From contig NC_082715.1 in the NCBI RefSeq assembly GCF_030144855.1, positions 145,142,001 through 145,182,821 of the forward strand: 40,821 nt of DNA. The letters are read 5' to 3'. This document shows, piece after piece, positions 1 through 11,516 of the stretch; positions within the stretch are counted from its first letter, which is position 1; each line of letters begins with the position of its first letter. A program made the translations under genes and the position numbers. The notes below the pieces were generated by a model. It did no database searches, was not told the origin of the DNA, and saw only the letters and a list, made by a program, of their open reading frames with translations. This DNA comes from Hypanus sabinus (Eukaryota).

Positions 1-469
1 GCGTATAACATGCAACACAGGAAAGCTTTTACCCGAACAGTTTAACACGATATATTTGTGGATTATATTGACGATACTTTCCACTTCGGAGACGAGGATG
101 CAACATAGCAGAAACATGAGGGTGAATTCCCCAGTTATATTTGGTAAATAACAAGTGGATACGCCTCAGAGACTCGAGTCAAATTCCTTCTCAGCTTTCC
201 TTATAACTTTTCTGTATTCTCGCAATAATCAATTCGTTGTAAGCTAATCTTATTGTTCGTCTGTTGTCAGTTAATCGCTTCGTATTTCTGGTCAGATGCA
301 ATCCTTCTCCCCTGAGATATTGAGCCTATGGCAACCTCAATCCCACAATACTTCAGCCGCTTCGCCCCATTTTGATTTATGTTCCCCCGATGCATTTGTA
401 TGTGGGGGCTGGAGCTTGGGGCTGTGTGGAAATGTGCAAATGTCAGTGACAGTGAACCTGTGACTCGGT

Positions 470-1146
470 CATAAACTGGTAAATTTTCAAATTGCTTAAT
501 TGTTGTCCCATGTACCGAGATGCAGAGAACAACCTGTTTTGCAGGTCATTCATGCAGATCAGTTCATCAGTGCATTGAGATAGCACACGCGAGCAGAATG
601 AAGTGTTAAAGTTACAGAGAAAGTGCAGTACAGGTAGGCAGTAAGGTGCAAGGGCATAACGACATAGAATGTGAGGTCAAGAGTCTATCAGTAGGGAAAC
701 ATTCAGTGATCACGTAATACCGAGACAGACGCTGTCTTTGAGCCTGGTGCTATGTGCCTTTAAATCTTTTGGATCTTCTGCCCGATGGGATGGGGGAGGA
801 GAGAGAATGTTGCAATGGATGAGGTCTTTGCCTATATTGGCTGCGTTGCCGAGGCAGCGAGAGTGTACACAGAATCCATGGAGAGGAGTTGGCTTCCGTG
901 ATGTGCTGAGCTCGATGCGCAACTCTCTTTAGTTTATTTCAATTACCAGCAGAGCAGACACCATACCCAGCCGTGATGCATCCAGACGGAATTCATCGAT
1001 AAAAATTGCTGAAGTCAAAGTTAGAGCGCCAATGAGCGCTCTTTGCCGTGACATCTACGTGGTTGGACCAGGATAGGTTGTTGGTGACGTCCACTCCACT
1101 GAACTTGAATTTCTCAACCCTCTCGATCTTAGCATCGTTTACATAG
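470..1146 (-). mobile_element. 5'-truncated Rex/Babar-like LINE (RT C-terminus and 3' UTR)
   Basis: Minus-strand translations IERVEKFKFSGVDVTNNLSWSNHVDVTAKSAHWR and SRCLGNAANIGKDL...LKAHSTRLKDS resemble the C-terminal ORF2 of this LINE group; multiple disruptions. Confidence 0.7.
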
Positions 1147-1320
1147 TTGCCCCGCCCATTTCCTGAAATCAAGATCCAATTCATTCGTGAGTAGAGATCT
1201 GCATGTATATATATTTCAGTGACTTTGCAGTCTTTCACAGTTCTTAAGGAGCAGCTTCGAAAGCCCTGAACAGGACTTGTGTCCGAAAGCCTTTGACTTC
1301 TGATTCTTATCAGCTTCACC
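1147..1320 (+). promoter_or_regulatory. Putative IgL cluster 1 promoter
   Basis: GC box CCCCGCCC 1150-1157, Ets-like TTCCTG just after it, CCAAT 1176-1180, octamer variant ATCTGCAT 1197-1204, then a TATA-like run. The GC box, TTCCTG, CCAAT and octamer variant also occur upstream of clusters 2 and 3. Confidence 0.55.
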
Positions 1321-1369
1321 ATGGCTGAATGGGTCCTGGTACTTGCCGTGTTTATGTCTTGTTTGTTCA
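1321..1369 (+). CDS. IGL: IgL cluster 1 leader exon (MAEWVLVLAVFMSCLF + 1 nt)
   Basis: ATG in context caccATGg, hydrophobic signal peptide, phase-1 donor A|GTAAGT at 1370, 88-nt intron to the CAG acceptor at 1455-1457. Confidence 0.93.
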
Positions 1370-1457
1370 GTAAGTAGAATACTTACTCCTTTATACTGTC
1401 CTTAATGTCGTGTTTTTAACTCAAGGGTTTTAAATAATTATTTGTTACTTTCGCCAG

Positions 1458-1808
1458 CGGCAAACGCGGAGATGACTTTGACTCAGCCTCCGTCCGTATC
1501 GTCGTCTCCGGGTACAACCGTGAAAATCACTTGTACCATGTCAGGGGGCAGCATCGGCAGCTATTACACGAGCTGGTACATGCAGAAACCCGGCAGCGCC
1601 CCAATTTTTGTGTGGTATCGAAGCTCCACGAGAGGATCGGGAATTCCAGATCGATTCACCGGTTCCACAGACGCATCGAACAACAAAATGCATTTAACCA
1701 TCACCAACGTGCAATGGCAGGACGCCGCCGATTATTACTGTGGTGCTGGGTATACTAGTAGCCCGTACACAGTCACGTTTGGGAGAGGAACCAAACTGAA
1801 TTTCAACA
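1458..1808 (+). CDS. IGL: IgL cluster 1 germline-joined VJ exon, type II/lambda-like
   Basis: [13 protein letters not shown]...TC...WY...[26 protein letters not shown] in one open exon with both Ig cysteines, the Trp, and the J motif FGxG. Short 7-residue CDR2; donor A|GTAAGT at 1809. Confidence 0.96.
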
Positions 1809-2452
1809 GTAAGTAAATATTTGTTGGGGTCTAATCACCTTTTGATTTTTTGGGGGTTTTTTTTCGATTGACCCTTGGAATAGTATTATCAAACCTGATG
1901 CTTCGATCTGATTTACAGTCCGCCTCTCATTAGTTTTCCAATACCGCAGGCAGAAAACTAACACATATGCATCCTGTTTGCTTGGTAGTTACTTAATTTA
2001 GCTGAAAAGTATCTTCAAAACAATCTGAGTTCATTGCCATGACATTTTTAAAATAGCTTCGTGAATAAATGCTTCGTGCTGCTAGCAAGTGTTTCTTAAA
2101 AGTTTCCCAGGGAACAAATGTATTAAAATATATTCCCAGCATGAGCTTTTGCACTAGACAACCGAGTTGTAGTCGAGTTTAGAGCCCGCAAGTTACTATA
2201 TAAATGATCCGAATACCAATCGTCTGGAATAATTTTTGTTAGTTTTTTATAATTTATTCCTGCTAGTATTACTTTAGTTTGTGTGTATTGTGTTGTGCAC
2301 CTTGGTCTCCTAAAGCGTTGTTATGTTTGACCGCATACATCTACACAGTTGACTGACGATTCAATTTATCCTGAACCTGAAGCTTAATGGGGGCAAGACC
2401 CGAGCTGTGAATGTTACCGAATTACGATAGAGAACTTCTATTTCCTTAAGAC

Positions 2453-4500
2453 AGTAAAACCTAGGAACAGAATTCGACCCCATGAGTCTGCTGCGTCATT
2501 TGATCATCGCTGGTATATTTTCTCTCAAGCTCATTCCCCTGACCTCTCTCCATAACCTTTGAAGCCGTCGCTAATCAAGAAACTACAAACTCAGTTTTAA
2601 ATTTCCCCAAAGACTAGGTCTCCGCAGCATTCTTTGAGAATAAATTCTACAGATTCACCACTTTACGGATAAATCAAATTCTCCTCATCTCTGCTCTAAA
2701 GGGCTATCCTTATATTCAAAGGATTTTCTCTCAGTTCTAGCCTCTCACACTGTAGAGGGCATCCTCCCACTTCCACTCAATCTAGCTCTTTCAGTATTCG
2801 GTAGGTTAAAATGAGACTTCATCCTCCCCCCGCACAACCCACCCCACCCCCCCCGCCACCTTTCTTCTGAAATCCAGCGTGTACAGGCCCAGGACCATCA
2901 AATGATCCTTATACTTTAACTCTTTCATTATCAGGATCTTTCCTCTCGTCCCTCTCCAATGCCAGCACGCACATCTTTTCTTAGATATTTGGCCCAAAAC
3001 TGCTTACAATAGTCTAAATCTTCTCTGGCTATTCTCTTTTAAAACATTAGCATTAAATCTTTGCTTTTATGGACTGCTCATCTCGAAATAAATACTAAGC
3101 TTGGTATTGCCTGCAGGTTAACATTTTGGGAACCCTGCAGGATGACTTTCAGGTCTCCTTGTACCTTCGACTTCTTAATTCGATCCCCATTTAGGAATCT
3201 GCGCCTTTATTCCTTCTACCATCCTCCACGACTATACAATTTCCTACACTAAACTCCATCTGTCAATTCTTTGCCCGTTCACATGATCCGTCAAGATCAT
3301 TCCGCAGACTCCTACTGCCTCAACACTGTCTACTCCTCCACCTGTCTTTGCATCATCCGCAAACGTGGCCAGAAATCCATAAATCCGGTTGTTCAGATCA
3401 TTACCTTCCAGCATGAAACGTAGCAGACTCAACACCGATCCTTGCAGAACACCACTGGTCACCGGTAGCCAACCAGAACAGATTATCCTCACGCTTTTCT
3501 CCTGCCAGTCAGCCAATGCTCCGTCTATGCCTGTGATAGCTTATGCTCTTCTCGTGTTAAGCAGCCTGATATGTGACACTTTATTAATGATCTTCTGAAA
3601 ATCCAAGTCAATAACATCCACTGATTCGTATTTGTCTATCCTACCTCGTATTTTCTCAAGGGATCTCAGCAGATGTGTCAACTAAATTACCCCTTAAGGG
3701 AACCTTGCTGATCACGGCTTATTTTAACGGATGCTTCCAAGTACCTAGAAATTTCCTCCTTACTAATGGATTCTAGCAATATCAATGTGTTTAAATTTCG
3801 ATTAAACATCAGTATGTTTGCTAAGAAATTGACAGACTAATCGCCCATAATTTCTTGCATTTTGCATCTCTCTCTTCTCAGAGTGTGGAGTAATATTTGT
3901 GATTTTCCTGTACACCGGACCCATTGGCCCATTCTTGAAAGCTCGTTACTAATGCCTGTCTAATCTATCCAGCTACCGCCTTCAGAATCCTGGAGTGTAG
4001 TCCATCTAGTTCGTCGACTAGATCTTTCAGCCTCCCAAGCTCCTTCTCCCTTGTCATAGCAACTACTATCACTTATGTTTAACTTCCATTTAGGCCTAAT
4101 TTCGATCTTTGTTTGCTCAACTTGATCTTTTCACGTGACTTGCGCCCCTCTTGTTCTATACCTATTAACCGGAAGTCATCAAGATTCTGGTGCTCCGTTC
4201 AAACTTCTACCCAATTTGCCTTCAGCAAGACGCCACCCCAGAGCCCACCTCGGCCTCACCATTGTGTTTGAACTTCCGCGCCGTCTCCGTATAAATGTCT
4301 CAGCTTTGATATCAAATTATCACTCAGCCCACCTGTTTTGTTTACATTTCAAACTCCCCGCTTCCGCATGGCCACTGGGTATCTAATTTTTGGATACCTG
4401 ATCATTACTGTACTAAGTGATTTTTCCTTGAATAACAACTCTGAGGTGTGAAACACTGGAAAATCGCTCCTTAGCATTTCTGAATTTTCGCCGCGTTTTC
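2453..4500 (-). mobile_element. Decayed CR1-like LINE in J-C intron 1
   Basis: Minus-strand RT motifs VTSGVLQGSVL and FADDAKTGGG (3244-3516) and the C-terminal LGLYTLDFRR (2806-2997); many stops and frameshifts. Confidence 0.75.
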
Positions 4501-5430
4501 CTCCGAGATACTACCGTAAAACAATTTCTTTGTAAATTCTGTTCTGTAGTCTTGATATCTTATTGTGTGAATGGGTTCAACTTTTAAAATCATTGAGAAA
4601 ATTATTCTGAATACATTGACTCAGATGTCCACATCTTCTGGATTTCATAAACTTCTGAGAGTTGTTATCGGGTTTTTCTTCAGTGTGTATCACCCCGGTC
4701 CAAACAGCCCTGTCGGAATTAATTGTGGCACTAAAAACTAAAAAATCCAAGTATAAAACGTTAACTGGCATTATTTATTCCCATTACAATATTTCCATGA
4801 TTTTTAGCCATTCACAATTCTCATTTACTGCCGCGAATTCTGGCATCACCGAGGAGAGACAAAGGCACAGTATTTCTATCAAATCCACTGCCCCATCTCT
4901 TGCTTTTTACGTTAAGAGCTGCGACGACATTTCGGAGTTTTGCCACGCGCTTTACCATATCCCTTTCGGGGTTTCTTACTGGTTCTGTGATTCATGTCTT
5001 TACGATTTAACACCATGGACCATAGCAAAAATCTGTCACGATATTAACTATAGCACAGTTACATCAGATTGGATCGGTGTACCATGGGATATATAAAGTA
5101 TATCTTACATATATTAGAGAGTATTTCACGAATAGAGGTTTCTGTCAGCGAAGCTTCTCCAGTCGGGTTTTCTTTTGCCATTCCATCGAAATTTGTTATT
5201 TTATTGCTTTGAATTTTGCTGTTATGAGAAACCCTCTCTTTCCTTTACTTTGGAGTTATTTCTAATGTTCATGATGTATATTGCCTTTATTGCGTTTGTG
5301 GAAGATCAAAACGCCTAGGTTCTCATGCGTTCTGACTTTTATGGTTGTAAAATCGTTGAAAGAAGGCAAAGATTGATTCCAATTTATAACAATTAATAAC
5401 TAATTTCCCTGCACTTCTTTCTCTCTACAG

Positions 5431-5753
5431 GTCCGCGAAAACCCGCCGTATCCGTCCTTCGACCGTCTGCGGAAGAAATTCGGGGACAGGGCACCGCCAC
5501 CCTGGTGTGTTTAGTGAGCGGGTTTAATCCGGCCGCTGTGAATATCGAGTGGACTGTGGACGGTAGTACGAGAAGGAATGGCGTTGAGACCAGCCGGATC
5601 CAACAGGACGCGGACAACACGTTCAGTGCGAGCAGTTACCTGACTCTGCCAGCCTCAGACTGGAACTCACACGAGCGTTACTCCTGCGTGGTTAAACACG
5701 AGTCTCAGGCAACCCCATTTCAAACAAACATCGCGCGATCCAGCTGTCTGTAA
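5431..5753 (+). CDS. IGL: IgL cluster 1 constant (C1-set) exon
   Basis: Polypyrimidine tract plus TACAG acceptor. Phase matches the J donor (A+GT = Ser). PRKPAVSVLRPS...LVCLV...IEW...YSCVVKHE...SSCL-stop, with a penultimate Cys for the H-L bond. Confidence 0.96.
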
Positions 5754-5782
5754 TACAATATGTTTAGACGCTGTTTCTTTAA

Positions 5783-5788
5783 AATAAA
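5783..5788 (+). terminator. Polyadenylation signal AATAAA, cluster 1
   Basis: 30 nt after the C stop codon; conserved at 23458-23463 in cluster 2. Confidence 0.75.
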
Positions 5789-6269
5789 ACAAATGAATTT
5801 CATGTACTGATGTTAAACTTTCGATTGTAGCTGACACATTTTTCAACCCGGAGAAAATAAACATTTAAATTAATATCATGCATGTAATATTATCCCAAAG
5901 TAATTAAAATCTACCCGATCTACTGCGTCCGTTTTGCCTTGATCAATATGTCCGACAACAGCATAATTTTTCAAAAGCTTGCAAAGATAGTGAAGATGAT
6001 CAAACTTTGACATTCGAGGAAGTAAAATAGACAACGTCGCTTAAACGTTGTACTAGCTATTCGGTAGGTTTTCCTACTGAAGAAATCGTATTCACTATGG
6101 CTACATCAGGATAAGTTGTGTAATTACTTGTCAGCGAAATTTACATACACAGTAAAAGAAATCCTGATACTGCCTTTATTTGAACATCGTAGGCATGTTC
6201 GATTTCCAGTTTTAGCATTGTATTCTTCATGGAAATGGTTTTTCTACAGCTGGTTATAGTCAGGGAGAA

Positions 6270-8480
6270 CTCGATCCCTGACTAATGAAGGCTACATGCC
6301 TTCTAAGCAACTCTATTGACGCGCAGCAATTTTTGAGGGATCTATGCGAGTGGACCACAGGATTTCTTTCTCATCAACACTGCTAAGAATCTATTCTTTA
6401 ACCTTTGTTTTGGCTTTTCCAAATTCCATTCTTTCACATTCTTCCGCATTAAAAACCATCTACGGCAATCTTATCCACAGCACCAACAGCCTTCTGTCAA
6501 CTATCCCATCGCTCTTTATATAGACCATAGCTGTCCGTACCCTCCCATTCATATTCTTTTAATATTTAAAACATTTTAAATATTGAACTCGAACTGCATG
6601 CACTATTTCCACGGGCAACTCCCTCCACACTCTCACCACTCTCTGTGATGAAGCTCCTCCTCACGTTCCCCCTAAACATTTCACCTTTCACCCTCAGCCC
6701 ATGACCTTTAATTCTAGTCTTACCCAACCCGAGTGTGAAAAGCCTGCTTACATTTACCCTATCTATTCCCCACATCATTCTGTACATCTCTATTCAATCT
6801 CCCTTCATTCTCCTATGCTCCAAGTAAGAAAGTGCTAACCTCTTCAACCTTTCCACATAATTTACGTCCTCAAGTCGAGAAATTATCTTTATAAATTTCC
6901 TCGGTACTCTTTCAATTTTGTTGACATCTTTGTTGAAAGTAGGAAGGAGTCCAGAGCAGCACACAATATAGGAACGCCTTATTAACATCCAGGTACGTCA
7001 TATACACCACTCTACTTTTATCAATTTCTTTAGTCATTCTCTCGAGAAAGTTTTCGTGAGACATGAAATGCCCCTCAAAATGCTGTAGTGTATGTGATCA
7101 GACTATGCTTCCCCAACTGCTCATAAGTCCTGCTTTTAATAATCACTTCCAAAGTTTGACCACCACTGACATACAGCTCTGGTCTATAATTCCCAGGATT
7201 ATCCCTAATCCCTTTCTATAACAAAGTAATAGCATTTGAGACCCTCCAACCTTCTGCTACTCCTCCTGTGTCTAATGACGGTGCAAAGATTATCACCAAG
7301 AAGGATCATTCACTTCCCTCTCTTCCCGTAGTAAACAGGGTATACCCCATTCGGCCTCAGAGCCTTATGTGTTTTTTTTCAAACGTTCGACAATGCCCTA
7401 TTACTTAACGTCACATGTTCTAGCATGTCAGCCTGTTTTAGGCTGTCCACACACAAGGCAAGATCCCTCTCAGTGGTGAACACTGAAGACATTAATTCAT
7501 TAATTCATTAAGGAACTCCCCTAACTCCTCCGACTAGTTCCTCTTCTTTTACTCACTCTAGTCATCCGTCTGTTCTTCACCTACGTGTAGACCGTCTTGG
7601 GGTTTTCCTTAATCATACTCGCCAAGCTCTTCTTATTCCCCCCTTCTAGCTCTCATAAATTCATTATTCAGCTCCTTCCTGGCTGCATCGTAACCCTCAA
7701 GAGTTATGTCTAATCTCTCCTTCAAAAACCTTTAGTGAACTTTTTTTAATCCTCTTGTTGGGATGCTTCACATCTCTTGTCAACCATGCCTCCTTCACCC
7801 TACCATCCATGTTCATTTGGGAGAACCCTACCCAGCACCCCATTAGCGTTCCCTACACAACTTCCACATTTCCTTGTTTATTTCCCTGATAATATTAGTT
7901 CCCAATTTCTGCTCACAAGCTCATGTCTAATAGCATTATAATTCCCTCTCCTTCAAAACAGCTGCTCTTATCCCTCTCCAAGGTTATGGTAAATTAGGGA
8001 GTTGTGATTACCCACGAGCACCCAGACACCTGGCCTGTTCCATTGGCTAGCGCCAGATCCAGTAAGGCCTCTCCTCTAGTTGGCCTGTCCACATACTCAG
8101 GAATCCTTCATTAACAGACCTAACAAATTCTGCCCTGTCTAAATCTTTTGCATGTAAGCTATGCCAATCATTATTAGGGAAGAGCGTGTTTTTGCAGCAG
8201 TCCAAAATCGACCTGCCGACCTACTCCTCGAAGTTCCTGTTGGGAGGTGTGCGCTGTACAATACTCCCATTAGAGTGACTGCAACTCCTCCTATTTCTGA
8301 ATTCCACCCACGGAGACTCAAAAAACGATCTCTCCAAGACATCCTCTTATTCTGTAGCTGCGATACTCTCCCTGATTGGCAATACCACTCCTCGATCTCC
8401 TTTACCTCCCTCCCTGACGCTTTTCGGAATATCTAAACCCGGGAACATCTGGCAGCTTTTACTGCCTTTGTGACAGCCAT
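6270..8480 (-). mobile_element. Composite of decayed CR1-like LINE fragments
   Basis: Minus-strand KDVNKIERVPRKF...LEHRRMKGD and KTRIKGHGLRVKG (ORF2 C-terminus), with endonuclease-like remnants around 8000-8340. Confidence 0.7.
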
Positions 8481-9699
8481 ATTTTGAATTATATATTGGA
8501 TCGTTTGAATGAGATCGTTTCCTCCAAGAATAAAAAGGCAAATACATGTTATCATCGTTTTTACCTCATGGCTTTCCAATGTCTTTCTTGTTTTTTGAGC
8601 AACGCATGCACACGTGACACCCATGTGCGCGCATATTGGTTCATAGAGACACAGGCCGTCGTTTGATTAAGTCTTGGAATGCGCAGTATTTCTACGTTTT
8701 GGCAGACGAAGAATCTCACGTTGTAATTTCTTTGGATTTGTCATTTCCATGCACTTCTGCACTGAGACATTGAGAAGAGTCATATCAATAGCTAACTTGG
8801 AAAATAAAACTTTATGGTATAGGTATAATGTCTTCCCTGATCTGGATTGTTATTTATTACTCGATCTCATTGCTTAATTGTTCGTTCACAGTTGATGTTG
8901 ATTGATCATTTCGGCGATGTTAAGCCATTACCTGCAGTCATCAGATCGGCCATTATATCGTATCATATAATCGTTCGTATATTCGTTGAAAGCATTTGTT
9001 CGAAGTCGAAGTTAATTTTAATCAATATTTGAATCTGCCTTGAGTGAGGGCAGAATAATAGGTGCTAGCATGTTGACATGAATAAAAAATTGATTGGCTG
9101 ACAAAAAACGATGTGCTGACGTTAATGGTCGAGTCTCTGGAATGATATATCATAGAATCTGTGAACCAATTCAGGTCCTTCCAATTCGCCGATGACAAAA
9201 AGACAAATAGGTAATTACATTGTGAAGAGAAATTTAAAAAGCTGGGAAGGCATATTGATAACCTAAGTGCTTGAGATTGTAACCTTCCAAGTTAAAGAAG
9301 CGTAAGGGCATTTAGATCACGATAGCATGTAATTCACAAAATGCTATTATTCAGGTGAAAGTAACTAAAAAGGCTGGGAACATGTTAAGGGAATTAAGTG
9401 CAAAATTTGGGGATGTTATGCTTTAGTGACGGGGCAATAAAGAACCAAATGTGGGCTTGAGTACTGCATTCTTCTTACTTAAGAAATTATGTAAATGTGT
9501 TAGACGTTCAGAGGAAGCTAACAAGAACGACTTCATTGGTGGTTCGTTATCCTAAGAGAAACTATTGTATAGGCTTGACTTCTATTTACTGGAGTTTATC
9601 AGAGTTATAGGACTTGACTAAAATCTAGTAGTCCTTAATAACAATACGTATGCTTTATAAGCCTTGTAGTCTGAAGCTCTACGGCTCGAAGGGCTCCTG

Positions 9700-9960
9700 G
9701 CAATAAGTCCGGCACCTGACGTCTTGGGGAACCCGAGAGTAACACGCCTGAACACGAGACAGGCAGACCTGGGGAATCCGAGACTGGCGATTCATCTCCC
9801 AACAAGGTTGGTCGTCTCCAGATAGACCTGATAAACTGGAGACAGACCTGACGAACTCGATAGTCCTGGGGAATCCGAGACAGGGCTGGTAATCTCGAGA
9901 AAGACATTGAATAAATTTGGGAAACATGAAATAAATCTGGGGAATATGGAATAAAACTCG
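9700..9960. repeat. Degenerate short repeat array with core (a/g)acCTGGGGAAtCCGAGAC
   Basis: GGGGAA(C/T)CCG at 9726, 9771 and 9868, a variant at 9939, interspersed GAGACAG(G)CAGACCTG motifs; homologous array at 30530-30830. Confidence 0.6.
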
Positions 9961-11099
9961 TGAAAATTGAATAGTCCTCGGAAGCGTGGAGGGTAATGGG
10001 AGACCCAGGAACCTTTGCCGACAGTGAAAATCTTGATAAAAAGCCTTTAAAATGGTCAAGGCAAGCTCCAAACGTGGAATCGGAATTTGGTCGCCAGAAA
10101 CACAGAATGAAGGTTCGAGACACTCGTAAACCGAATGAAGTCGGGGCACCACTTTAGAAGTTCCACTGGACCCTTATATCCCTGCGTTTTTTTAGTCACC
10201 GTGCAGACTGAACGCAAGTGCGGAGAAAAGACAGGCTGCCATATGGAATCAGCGACCTGGCTTTATTCATAAGAGTTCCAACTAACCATCGGCGGTTCGG
10301 CAGAGAGACGCCGAGAGGGCTAACTTTCTCAAAGCTAGGGCCAGCGAAATTAATAATCCGAAGCGAAATTCAGCGAAATTAAATAATTACAGTACCCGGA
10401 AATCCCGTGTCAGTTAAAATAAACTTAACAAGTTTAAACAGAAAACGTAAGGGTTTAACAAGTCTCGTTAATAGAACAACTCACAAATAAAGGCTATTTA
10501 GAAAATTTAGAGCCCAACACTCTAAGGTTTCCTATACAGGTGCGAAGAACTCATAACATCCGTTGTTAGGCGGGAATCCTTTATCGCCTTACTCAAAGTA
10601 TGCCACATTATTCAACAGTTTTAAACCGAGCATTCATCTTCCCTTCTCGCTTCGCCGTTTGTCTAAATGCGGCAAATCAATACCAATATCACCTTAAATG
10701 AAATGTTTAGAGCTATGTCTGCATTTTCTTTTGATTATGTACGTACCAAAACACTCTAGTAGTTATTTCTCAGGAAAGTAAGAAAATCTTCATCTTGTTT
10801 ATTTAAAACGGGATTCATGGTATCATAATCTTCCATATAATCTTCCACACTTCACAGGGAATCAGTTAAGATTTTTCTTCCCTCCCAGTGTTCGCTTATG
10901 GTGACATGTGCTTCCATTTTGACATACAACTGCCCATGAAAAGTCACAGGGAAAAGAATAAAGAAAAATTGATAAAAGGAGAAAATCTTTCTTAACGAAT
11001 AGCCAAAATAGAGAGGCGTCCAATCACCATGCCAATGGAACTGCAATGAAAGTTGATCAGATGACAGAGTGCGTAGATGAGACGTGGACTTAGTACGTT

Positions 11100-11447
11100 T
11101 TTCAAAAGCTTATAGTTTGTAAATCATAGAAGTCTCAAAGAACTCCACGACATGAGCAGCTGCTTTGAGTGTCCTTTGGACTCGAACCCCGGTTTCCCTG
11201 TGATCCTCCACACTGCCAAGAGACTTACAATTAATACTATATTCTGCCGTCATATTTGACCTACCAAAATGAACCACCTCACACTTAACTGGGTTGAACT
11301 CCATCTGCCACTTCTCAGCCCAGTTTTGCATCCTATCAATGCCCCGCTGTAACCACTGACAGCCCTCCTCACTATCCACAACACGTCCAACCTTTGTCAT
11401 CAGCAAACTTACTAACCCATCCCTCCACTTTCTCATCCAGGTCATTT
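11100..11447 (-). mobile_element. CR1-like LINE RT fragment
   Basis: DRMQNWAEKWQMEFNPVKCEVVHFGRSN translation (11110-11445). Confidence 0.8.
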
Positions 11448-11516
11448 CTGTTTAATGCCATCGTTAGACAGGACACGCTAATTCAAACATTCACTGCTGT
11501 CTGTGTTTTAAGCAAA

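Noticed and set aside
1735-1741. TACTGTG cryptic heptamer at the YYC motif as a V-replacement site
   Set aside because: An expected by-product of Tyr-Cys-Gly codons; no nonamer-like sequence upstream and no unrearranged donor V with an RSS in the window.
1531-1758. Alternative-frame ORFs over the V exons (1531-1758, 39498-39725)
   Set aside because: Shadow frames of the Ig V sequence. In cluster 3 the ORF partly reflects the frameshift.
1768-1774. CACAGTC heptamer-like sequence inside CDR3 of cluster 1 as a residual RSS
   Set aside because: No nonamer at 12 or 23 nt, not conserved in clusters 2 and 3, and explained by the codons TAC ACA GTC.
5431-5753. C exons more similar (97.5%) than introns (about 90%), as evidence for exon homogenisation
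   Set aside because: Five silent changes over roughly 80 silent sites is not clearly below intron divergence; purifying selection is enough.
9700-9960. TGGGG-rich repeats as an Ig class-switch region
   Set aside because: Short, lacks dense AGCT motifs, lies in a light-chain locus, and elasmobranchs are not known to have switch regions.
9635-10152. Two overlapping minus-strand ORFs of about 160 aa as a hidden gene
   Set aside because: No recognisable domain, they run through a degenerate repeat, and the paralogous region in unit 2 keeps only a 63-aa piece.
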